The notes beneath the pieces were generated by a model, which was not told where the DNA came from, did no database searches, and was given only the letters and a program-made list of their open reading frames with translations. Position numbers and translations under genes: made by a program. DNA of 38,984 bases from an uncultured Bacilli bacterium (GTDB lineage Bacteria; Bacillota_I; Bacilli_A; RF39; UBA660), in assembly GCA_949440065.1 (NCBI GenBank), contig CASRZP010000002.1, forward strand, positions 1 to 38,984, in the 5' to 3' direction. Every line of letters starts with the position of its first letter. Position 1 is the first letter of the stretch. Of this stretch, positions 31,323-38,984 are shown piece by piece.

Positions 31323-32485
31323 TGTTTACGAATCAATATAAAGTAAGAATCATCGGTAAAAATCCTAAAACTTTCTTTAAATACCTATTAAAATTAAATA
31401 TGAATCTATATCATGTAGAAATGTTTCCTAACTATTTAGAAATTATCATCAAAAAAGAAGACTACCATAAACTAAAAAAGATGAAAACTAGTTATAAAAT
31501 GGAAGTTGTCGACCGTTTTGGACTGTTAAAATTTTTCTATATATTAGAAGAAAAAAAGTATTTTATGATATCCTTACTTTTTAGTTTTGTTCTTTTGTTT
31601 TTTTTAAGTAAGTTGATTTTTATGGTAGAAATAGAACATAGTAACAAAGAACTTAGTCACTACGTATTAGAAGAACTAGAGAAAAAGGGTCTTAAAAAAT
31701 GGCACTTTCAATTTTCTAATGAAAAACGAATGCAAATTGTTGATGAAATGTTAGTAGAAAATAAAGATAAATTAGAGTGGTTAGAATTAGAACGCATTGG
31801 GACAAAATATATTGTGCGTTTTCTAGAACGAAAAAAAATAGAAGAAAAAGAGGATGATATTCCCCAAAACATCGTCGCAAGAAAAGATGGTATCATCTAT
31901 TTTATTGAAGCATCCAAAGGAGAAGTGGTCAGTAAGAAAAACGCTTATGTAAAAAAAGGTGACATATTAATTACTGGACTAATCAAAAATCAAGATGAAG
32001 AAATGGCTAGGGTAAAAGCTTTAGGAAAAGTAATTGCTGAGACTTGGTATCAAACTACTGTAGAAATGCCATTATATTATAAAGAAGAATACCTAACAGG
32101 AGCAAAAAAGAAAGTATTTACCATCAACTTTTTAACTAACCAATATCATTTATTCGATAAAAACACGTATCGTACGTCAAAAAGCAAAATTTTATTTTCT
32201 ATTTCTCATGATTTTCTTCCTTTATCCTTCTCTTTTAATGAAGAATACGAGGTTACTCGAATAGAAGAAATTTATACCAAGGAAAGTGCATTAATTAAGG
32301 CTAAGGAACTGGCTAGTGAGAAGTTATTAAAATCATTAGGGGAAAATAGTGAAATAATTTCGCAAAAAGTTTTGAAAATTCAAGAAAAAGAGAGTAAAAT
32401 AATAGTAGATTTATTTTTTAAAGTTCATGAAGATATTACTGCAAGTGAAGAAATACCACAAAAAGAAGAAAAAATCGAAGAATAG
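31322..32485 (+). CDS. yqfD: Sporulation protein YqfD (stage IV-like)
   Basis: Y.V.I.G.NP..F......... N-terminus, central TM segment, ..A.KDGII......G......N..VKKGD.L..G and a C-terminal domain, as in YqfD. Synteny with yqfC. Confidence 0.8.
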   Translation: MFTNQYKVRIIGKNPKTFFKYLLKLNMNLYHVEMFPNYLEIIIKKEDYHKLKKMKTSYKMEVVDRFGLLKFFYILEEKKYFMISLLFSFVLLFFLSKLIFMVEIEHSNKELSHYVLEELEKKGLKKWHFQFSNEKRMQIVDEMLVENKDKLEWLELERIGTKYIVRFLERKKIEEKEDDIPQNIVARKDGIIYFIEASKGEVVSKKNAYVKKGDILITGLIKNQDEEMARVKALGKVIAETWYQTTVEMPLYYKEEYLTGAKKKVFTINFLTNQYHLFDKNTYRTSKSKILFSISHDFLPLSFSFNEEYEVTRIEEIYTKESALIKAKELASEKLLKSLGENSEIISQKVLKIQEKESKIIVDLFFKVHEDITASEEIPQKEEKIEE

Positions 32486-32495
32486 AGGTGGATAG

Positions 32496-33089
32496 ATGGA
32501 ACCACTGAGTAGAACTTTACATGATGTTATGCATCTTACTTGGCCAATGATTCTAATATCTAGTATCATAGCTATTTCCCTACGTGTAACGTACTTGTAC
32601 AAAAACAAAATGCATCTAACATTATATAAAGAATTATTAATGTTATCCTTTGTTATTTACATAGTGTGTTTGTTCCAAGTCGTTACTTTTCAAGATGTTG
32701 CTTGGAGTGGAAACAACTTTATTCCCTTTAAAGAAATGACACGTTATTCTTTTGGCAGTAGACTATTTTTCAAAAATGTCTTAGGAAATATGATTATGTT
32801 TATGCCATATGGCTTCTTTTCTGCTTATTATTTAAAACTAGATAAAAAACGAGTAGCCTTCTTCTTAATTGCCTTAGTTAGTGTATCCATTGAACTTACC
32901 CAAATGGCCATTGGTAGGGTGTTTGATGTAGATGATATCATTTTAAATATCATCGGGGGAATGTTAGGATATTTCATCTATATTGCTCTAGAGAAATTAG
33001 GAAATTATCTACCAAAGGTACTTAAGTCAGAATGGTTTTTAAATACTTTATCGATTTTGGTTTTATTAGGAATCATTTGGATGTTATAA
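32496..33089 (+). CDS. VanZ-family membrane protein
   Basis: Multi-TM protein with NFIPFK, N..MF.PYGFF, and E.TQ......FDVDDIILNIIGGMLGY, which are VanZ-like signatures. RBS GAGGTGG. Confidence 0.75.
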   Translation: MEPLSRTLHDVMHLTWPMILISSIIAISLRVTYLYKNKMHLTLYKELLMLSFVIYIVCLFQVVTFQDVAWSGNNFIPFKEMTRYSFGSRLFFKNVLGNMIMFMPYGFFSAYYLKLDKKRVAFFLIALVSVSIELTQMAIGRVFDVDDIILNIIGGMLGYFIYIALEKLGNYLPKVLKSEWFLNTLSILVLLGIIWML

Positions 33090-33305
33090 GAAAATAGAAA
33101 AAAGTTGCTGATTTTATCACGTAGGAGGGGAGTTAACAATAAATATGGAAAATGATATGATAATATATGAAGATAAAGAATTGCAAGAAGATGGAACTTT
33201 CAAAAATTTCTTGTTAGTTCAAAAAGAAGGAAATAGAAAGGTAAAAAGGGCTAATGATTGATGTAAAATATAGATAAAGTCAAACATATAAATTAGGGGA
33301 AAGTT

Positions 33306-33758
33306 ATGAATAGAATTGGTGTATTTAATGAAACAATAAAAGTTTACGATCAGGAAATAGAAAAAATAAAAGAGTTATTAAACTTTGCTTGTCAAAAGGA
33401 ACATTTAGATCATGTCGAGTTTAACGTCATCTTAGTAGAAAATGATAAAATTCATCTATTAAATAAGACATATCGAGGAATTGATAGAGTAACCGATGTG
33501 ATTACCTTTGCTTTAGAAGATGAGGATAGCGTTGTTCTTCCTAACCAAAATAGAGTTTTAGGAGATATTTATTTATCGATGGAAAAAGCTATAGAACAAG
33601 CAAAAGAATATGGACATTCCTTTGAAAGAGAATACTCCTTCTTAGTTGTTCATGGGTTTTATCACTTATTAGGGTATGATCATCAAACAAAAGAAGAAGA
33701 GAAAGTAATGTTTCAAAAACAAGAGGAGGTATTAGATAGTTATGGAATCAAAAGGTAG
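33306..33758 (+). CDS. ybeY: rRNA maturation endoribonuclease YbeY
   Basis: TDVITF motif and the zinc site HGFYHLLGYDH; 150 aa. Confidence 0.9.
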   Translation: MNRIGVFNETIKVYDQEIEKIKELLNFACQKEHLDHVEFNVILVENDKIHLLNKTYRGIDRVTDVITFALEDEDSVVLPNQNRVLGDIYLSMEKAIEQAKEYGHSFEREYSFLVVHGFYHLLGYDHQTKEEEKVMFQKQEEVLDSYGIKR

Positions 33759-34131
33759 AAGAAAAAGATTAGGTTTTCAACGCTTTTTAGATAGTTTTAA
33801 ATATTCCTATGCTGGGTTAAAATATGCTTATAAAAATGAGCAGAGTATGTTAATTCATTTATTAGCAACCATCATTGTCATCATCGGTGGATTTTTACTT
33901 CACATTTCAGTAACTGAGTGGTTGATTTGTATTGTGTTATTTGGTTTTGTTATGGGAGCAGAGTTATTAAATACAGCCATAGAAGCAACAGTAGATATGG
34001 CTATGCCTGATATTCATCCTTTAGCAAAAATAGCCAAAGATACTGCAAGTGCTGCTGTAGGAGTGTTATCCCTTGCAGCTTTAGCTGTTGGAATCATTAT
34101 CTTTTTACCAAAAATTTTAGCATTATTTTAG
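33742..34131 (+). CDS. dgkA: Diacylglycerol/undecaprenol kinase (DgkA family)
   Basis: F.YA..G......E.....H..........; the E.LNTAIE motif appears as AELLNTAIEATVD; three TM segments; synteny between ybeY and cdd. Confidence 0.85.
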   Translation: MESKGRRKRLGFQRFLDSFKYSYAGLKYAYKNEQSMLIHLLATIIVIIGGFLLHISVTEWLICIVLFGFVMGAELLNTAIEATVDMAMPDIHPLAKIAKDTASAAVGVLSLAALAVGIIIFLPKILALF

Positions 34132-34139
34132 GAGGAATT

Positions 34140-34520
34140 ATGAGAGAAAAATTACAAGAATTATTAAAAAGAAGTTATTCACCATATTACCATTTTCCCG
34201 TATCTTGTATTATCAAAATGAAAGATGGAAGCGAATTTTGTGGAGTAAACGTGGAAAATGCTAATGGGACAAGCATATGTGCAGAACGTAATGCGATTGC
34301 TAGTGCTGTTTGTGCTGGCTATAAAAAAGGCGATTTTGATCATGTGTATTTGATGTTATCGAGCGATAAAATAGGATGGCCTTGTTTTGCTTGTCGCCAA
34401 GTATTATTAGAATTTTTATCCTTAGATACACCTGTTACTTCTTACACCTCTACTACAGAAAAAACATTGACTTTAGAAGAGCTATGTCCATATGGTTTTG
34501 GAGAAGAGGACTTATTATGA
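34140..34520 (+). CDS. cdd: Cytidine deaminase
   Basis: SPYYHFPVS..I....G..F.GVNVENA, the zinc-site motif CAERNAI, and PCFACRQVLLEF (PC..CRQ). Confidence 0.9.
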   Translation: MREKLQELLKRSYSPYYHFPVSCIIKMKDGSEFCGVNVENANGTSICAERNAIASAVCAGYKKGDFDHVYLMLSSDKIGWPCFACRQVLLEFLSLDTPVTSYTSTTEKTLTLEELCPYGFGEEDLL

Positions 34521-35401
34521 AATGCGGTTTTGTTAGCATAACGGGAAGGTCAAACGTTGGAAAAAGTACATTACTAAACGCGATATTAGGTATGCACTTA
34601 TCCATTACCTCTGAAAAATCAGGAACAACTAGAAATAATATACAAGGAATTTATCAAGATGACGATAGCCAGATCATCTTTATCGATTCCCCAGGCGTAC
34701 ATAAACCAGGACATAAGCTAGAAAGCCTTTTAAACAAAAAAGCCTATACAGCTACTAACGATGTAGACTTAATCTTATTTGTAGTAGACATTGCTAAAGG
34801 CTTTGGAAAAGGTGATCGTTTTGTCTTAGAAAAAATTAAAAATCAAGATGTGCCCATTTTCCTTATTTTAAATAAAGTGGATGCTTTAAGTAAAGAAGAA
34901 CTCATGAAAAGAATTATGGAAGTATCCAAAGAATACAACTTTCAAGAAATCATTCCACTATCAGCATTAAAAAAGAAAAATATCAATGAACTATTAAAAA
35001 CCATTAAAAGCTATTTAAAAGAACATCCACCATATTATGATAAAGATACACTTACCAATATTTCGATGTCATTTATGGCTAGTGAATTAGTGCGTGAGAA
35101 AATATTACGTCTAACAAGAGATGAAATTCCTCACTCTGTGACTTGCTACGTTGAAGAATATCAGGAAGAGGAAAACAAAGTATTCATTCGCGTAATGATT
35201 GTCGTCGATAGAGAAAACATCAAAAAAATCATCATTGGCAAAAATGGACAACTCTTAAAACAAATTGGAATGGAAGCACGACATGATTTAGAAGAGCAAT
35301 TAGGAAAACAAGTCTATTTAGAAACCGTGGTGAAGACCATTGCCAATTGGAGAGATAGAGAAAAACACTTAATCGAACTGGGATTAAAAGAAGATGAATA
35401 A
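34517..35401 (+). CDS. era: GTPase Era
   Basis: ATG 34517 overlaps the cdd stop (ATGA). G1 GRSNVGKST, G3 DSPG, G4 NKVD and a C-terminal KH domain (IIGKNGQLLKQIG). The track's start at 34376 lies inside cdd. Confidence 0.95.
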   Translation: MKCGFVSITGRSNVGKSTLLNAILGMHLSITSEKSGTTRNNIQGIYQDDDSQIIFIDSPGVHKPGHKLESLLNKKAYTATNDVDLILFVVDIAKGFGKGDRFVLEKIKNQDVPIFLILNKVDALSKEELMKRIMEVSKEYNFQEIIPLSALKKKNINELLKTIKSYLKEHPPYYDKDTLTNISMSFMASELVREKILRLTRDEIPHSVTCYVEEYQEEENKVFIRVMIVVDRENIKKIIIGKNGQLLKQIGMEARHDLEEQLGKQVYLETVVKTIANWRDREKHLIELGLKEDE

Positions 35402-35443
35402 AATTTCGTTTATTTTATCACGATAATAATAGAGGTGATAAAA

Positions 35444-35530
35444 ATGGACGATGTACTTTGGAAATTATTTAAAGAAACAGGCGAAATTAACTATTACTTA
35501 TTAGCCAAAAAAATAAAAGAAAAGAAGTGA
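35444..35530 (+). CDS. yqzL: YqzL-family small protein (28 aa)
   Basis: MDDVLWKLFKETGEINYYLLAKKIKEKK shows the W.LF..TG.I..YLL.K pattern. It lies between era and recO as in B. subtilis. RBS AGAGGTGA. Too short for the ORF track. Confidence 0.6.
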   Translation: MDDVLWKLFKETGEINYYLLAKKIKEKK

Positions 35531-35536
35531 CAACTT

Positions 35537-36292
35537 GTGGAAATTGTAAAATCAATGGGAATCATTTTAAAAGAAATAAACTATAGTGAATCGAGCAAAA
35601 TTCTTACCGTTTTTACCAAAGAATATGGAAAAATTGGGATACTATCTAAAGGATGCCGCAATATAAGAAGCAAACTTAGAAGTGTTAGTACACGACTCAT
35701 TTATGGTTTTTTTCACTTTTATTATCAACCGAATGGTTTATCCACTTTAATTTGTGTAGATGTAGAAAATACCTTTTCTCATATTTTATCTAGCATCGAT
35801 GATATTGCTTATGCCAATTATCTATTAGAGTTAACGGATAAAATAGTAGAAGGTGATGCTGAAAGTGATTTATTTGATTTATTAATTTCCACATTAGAAA
35901 AAATAGAAGAAGGAATAACGCCAAAAATGTTAAGTAATATCTTCTCTTTAAAAGTGTTGCCCTTATTAGGATGTGGACTAGTACTCGATGAATGCGTAAG
36001 TTGTGGAAGTAGTGAAAATATTGTAACTATTGATATTGAGCAAGGTGGATTTATTTGCAAAAAGTGTTATGCCAATCAAATGATAGTAGATCCTAAGTTA
36101 ATTCAACTTTTGCGTTTATCGATGGAAGTAGATGTCAAAAAAATTAAAAAGCTGTCATTAGATACAACATTAGTCGATGAATTTTCTAAATTTTTAGATG
36201 ATTATTACGAAAAATACACAGGAATATCACTGAAAAGTAAAACCTTTTTAAAAAATATAATGAAGTTAGGTGTTAGTAATGAAAAAATATAA
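35537..36292 (+). CDS. recO: DNA repair protein RecO
   Basis: GIILKEINYSESSKILTVFTKEYGKIGILSKG (OB-fold N-terminus) and the zinc finger C.SCGS...C..C. Synteny after era and yqzL. Confidence 0.85.
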   Translation: MEIVKSMGIILKEINYSESSKILTVFTKEYGKIGILSKGCRNIRSKLRSVSTRLIYGFFHFYYQPNGLSTLICVDVENTFSHILSSIDDIAYANYLLELTDKIVEGDAESDLFDLLISTLEKIEEGITPKMLSNIFSLKVLPLLGCGLVLDECVSCGSSENIVTIDIEQGGFICKKCYANQMIVDPKLIQLLRLSMEVDVKKIKKLSLDTTLVDEFSKFLDDYYEKYTGISLKSKTFLKNIMKLGVSNEKI

Positions 36293-38939
36293 AGATTATT
36301 TATTGTATATAGGGATTAGTTTAGGGTTGATTTTCGTATTAATGTTAGTTAAAGGAATGTATCCTTTTGGAGAGGCTAGTGTTATTTTTAGTGATATGCA
36401 CGCCCAAGTTACGGCATTTTACTATCAATTATATGATGGAATCATTAACCATCAAGGTTTATTTTTAGATTTACATACAGGACTTGGTACCAACTTTCTA
36501 GCTACCATCATTTACTATATTGCCAGTCCCTTTAGTTTTTTAGTCTTACTTTTTGGAAGAAGTTCCATTTATCAAGTTGTCAACATCATTGTCTTTTTAA
36601 AGATGATAGTATCTGGAATTACTGCGTTAATGTTTTTTAGAAAATTTTTTCCTCAAGTAAAAACATTACCTAAAGTTTTGTTTAGTCTACTGTACGCTTT
36701 TTCGTCTTATAGCTTACTCCATTACCAAATTACTGCGTGGATTGATGGCGTGTATTTATTCCCATTACTATTAATCGGCTTAAAGAAAATCTTAGATTTA
36801 GAAGATAGCAAATGGTATATTGTCGTATTGACCTTAGCGTTGATAACTTCCTTTTATATTTCTATCATGATGGTTGTCTTCGTATTATTATCTTCAACTA
36901 TCTATTTATGGTTTTACCAAGAAAAAGGAAAAAGAAAAGAGGCTATGATGCGTCTTGGCATTTCTACTTTGTTATCCATAGGTTTATCTAGTTTTGTACT
37001 TTTACCTATATTAAGTCAAATATTAGTATCTGCTCGAGCTGGATTTAACTTAGATTCCTTAATCTATAGTGGACTAGGACCAATTACGGATAAAATGCAT
37101 TTCTTCTTAATGAGTGTTATTCCCCTTGCTATTTCCTTATCCTTAATTTCCCATGTTAAAAAAGAAAAAAAGACCATTCTATTTTTCCTGATTTTACTTA
37201 CCTTGATGTTAATTCCTGTCATTATTGAACCTGTTAATAAAATGTGGCATTTAGGATCATACGCGTTCTTTCCCTTACGGTTTGGTTTCATTCCTATTTT
37301 CTTGATTTTAGTGATGGGAATGTATGCCATTTCTCTTCAAAGTGAAAAGAAAGACGATAAAAGAAAAAATAATATTGTATTATCTTTATCGACACTAGGG
37401 GTAACCACTATAATTTTAATTTTCTCTACGGTTTATTTCTATGAAGATATTCAACGTTTATTAGATGGACTAACCATTAGTGAAAATAAAGTGCTTGCCT
37501 TAGTCCTTTATGGACAAGCACTTCTTGTGTTCCTTAGTGCCCTTTGGATATATTTTAAAAATAATCGTTATCAAAATTATACCTGGTTACTATTATTAAT
37601 ACTTGCTATAGTACATATTGAATCAAATGCCTTTTTACACATTGGTATGGACTTCGATCAAGAAAGATTAATGAGTCAATATCAAAATATGAATGCCTTA
37701 TACGAAAATGAAAAACTAGATCATACCTATGGACTAAAAACATTAGATACTGATTTGTTTGATAATTATGGTGCTGTATCATCCTTTAAAACAATAGGAC
37801 ATTTTACCTCTTTAACCAATAGAGATGCCATTCGTTTAGGAAAACGTTTAGGATATAATTCCACTTGGATGAAAATGTCTAGTTATGGTGCTAACCCGTT
37901 AGTGGATTATTTACTAGGAAATCGTTATATGTTAAGCAAGACAAGTGTAGAAAAGCCTTTTTATAAAGCGATTGATAAAATAGGTGATTACTATGTTTAT
38001 GAGTCTATCTTACCTATGAGTCATGGATATATGATAGAACAAGATTTTAACCTAACGGAAGCTAAAAATAGTTTTGATGCAACAAATATGATATATCAAG
38101 CACTAACAGGAAAAGAAGATACCATTTTCTCTATTATTGATCAAGATGCTTTTCAATTACAAAATCTAGAAAAAAAGATGAATTCTTACACTAAGATAAA
38201 TAAAGAAAATGATGGAACATTAACCACTGAGATATTTGTGGAAGGAGAAAAAAGACTATATTTAGAAGTGATGAGTTCACTAGATAATATTGAAAACTAT
38301 AAATTGTTTGAAACATTTTCTTTGTATGTCAACGGAAAACTCATGTTAGAAAACTTAATTACCCAAGAAGAAAATGGATCTATTGACCTTGGAACATTTA
38401 AAGACGAAAAAGTAGAAATTGAACTTAAAGTTCATAAAAATATTGATTTATCTATACTTTCTTTAGGTGTATTTGATTTAGAAAAAATGGAAGAGTTATC
38501 GTTAAATAGTGTCTTACCAAGTTCGATGACGATTAGAGATAATCAAGCTTTATTTAGTATCAATACAGAAAAAGGAACATTAGTTCTTCCTTATCATCAC
38601 TTAGGCGGATATCAATTGAAAGTAGATGGAATACCACAGAAGATAAGTTCCAAATTAGGAAGCTTCGTTGGAATAGAGGTAGAAAAAGGTATTCATAAAA
38701 TTGAATTAACCTATATACCAAAAGGACTACCAACGGGTATTTTAATTACGATTATCTCTATTTTATTTACTGCACTATTCTTCTTCTTTGAAGGAATTGA
38801 ACGCTTTAGTAAAGTAAAATGGATGAGTTATCCTGTTTATTATGTGGAGCAAGCTATCTTTGGTGTAGCAATAACATTTATTTACATTTTACCAATAGTA
38901 GCATTTTGTTATTCTCTTATTAAAAAGGTGATTGGATGA
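36279..38939 (+). CDS. yfhO: YfhO-family polytopic membrane protein (putative glycosyltransferase for cell-envelope polymers)
   Basis: N-terminus YPFGEASVIFSDMHAQVTAFYYQL, more than 10 TM segments, and a large extracytoplasmic C-terminal domain with a final TM, as in YfhO. ATG 36279 sits 6 nt after AGGTG. Confidence 0.8.
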   Translation: MKKYKDYLLYIGISLGLIFVLMLVKGMYPFGEASVIFSDMHAQVTAFYYQLYDGIINHQGLFLDLHTGLGTNFLATIIYYIASPFSFLVLLFGRSSIYQVVNIIVFLKMIVSGITALMFFRKFFPQVKTLPKVLFSLLYAFSSYSLLHYQITAWIDGVYLFPLLLIGLKKILDLEDSKWYIVVLTLALITSFYISIMMVVFVLLSSTIYLWFYQEKGKRKEAMMRLGISTLLSIGLSSFVLLPILSQILVSARAGFNLDSLIYSGLGPITDKMHFFLMSVIPLAISLSLISHVKKEKKTILFFLILLTLMLIPVIIEPVNKMWHLGSYAFFPLRFGFIPIFLILVMGMYAISLQSEKKDDKRKNNIVLSLSTLGVTTIILIFSTVYFYEDIQRLLDGLTISENKVLALVLYGQALLVFLSALWIYFKNNRYQNYTWLLLLILAIVHIESNAFLHIGMDFDQERLMSQYQNMNALYENEKLDHTYGLKTLDTDLFDNYGAVSSFKTIGHFTSLTNRDAIRLGKRLGYNSTWMKMSSYGANPLVDYLLGNRYMLSKTSVEKPFYKAIDKIGDYYVYESILPMSHGYMIEQDFNLTEAKNSFDATNMIYQALTGKEDTIFSIIDQDAFQLQNLEKKMNSYTKINKENDGTLTTEIFVEGEKRLYLEVMSSLDNIENYKLFETFSLYVNGKLMLENLITQEENGSIDLGTFKDEKVEIELKVHKNIDLSILSLGVFDLEKMEELSLNSVLPSSMTIRDNQALFSINTEKGTLVLPYHHLGGYQLKVDGIPQKISSKLGSFVGIEVEKGIHKIELTYIPKGLPTGILITIISILFTALFFFFEGIERFSKVKWMSYPVYYVEQAIFGVAITFIYILPIVAFCYSLIKKVIG

Positions 38940-38984
38940 GTAATTATGAATTCGTTCTTATTCCTTTAATTTCCTTAGTATCTG
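38936..38984 (+). CDS. 5' end of a further CDS (MSNYEFVLIPLISLVS...), truncated by the window edge
   Basis: ATG 38936 overlaps the yfhO stop (ATGA) and sits 5 nt after AAGGTGA. The frame stays open to the window end. Confidence 0.4.
   Translation, partial: MSNYEFVLIPLISLVS

Noticed and set aside
1-38984. CRISPR arrays, rRNA genes, IS elements or transposases
   Set aside because: I saw no regularly spaced short direct repeats, no rRNA-like segments, and no transposase-like ORFs or terminal inverted repeats.

Overview
AT-rich (about 30% GC by eye), standard-code chromosomal segment from a spore-forming low-GC Bacillota, Erysipelotrichaceae- or Clostridia-like. It carries gerE, gerM-like, cotF-like, yqfC/yqfD and sirA-like genes. 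Two stretches keep a Bacillus subtilis-like housekeeping order: tkt-sirA-yneF, and rpsU-yqeY // yqfC-yqfD // ybeY-dgkA-cdd-era-yqzL-recO. Other core genes are a T-box-controlled class I aaRS (probably valS), a CIRCE-controlled hsp20-htpG pair, tRNA-Arg(UCU) and yfhO. Accessory blocks interrupt this backbone, and five stand out. (1) Two homologous leader modules each hold a G10 homopolymer inside a mini-ORF, upstream of the only two genes with TasA/SipW-type signal peptides; one is a complete promoter / mini-ORF / terminator unit that could act as a phase-variable attenuator. (2) A class II bacteriocin locus lies downstream of tRNA-Arg: XRE regulator, C39-ABC exporter, short accessory protein, two double-glycine peptides (one absent from the ORF track) and a soluble immunity candidate. 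(3) An ~80-bp 5' region is duplicated 11 kb apart, in front of two unrelated secreted-protein genes. (4) Three paralogous small exported proteins, including a 656-bp tandem duplication, plus a secreted S1 protease are inserted between yqeY and yqfC. (5) Decayed elements are present: a DUF1653 gene with one nonsense codon, a relB-type antitoxin beside an eroded toxin, and a GDPD-like pseudoenzyme. No CRISPR array, rRNA, transposase or integrase was seen. All functional calls rest on motifs recognised by eye, and no database search was run.
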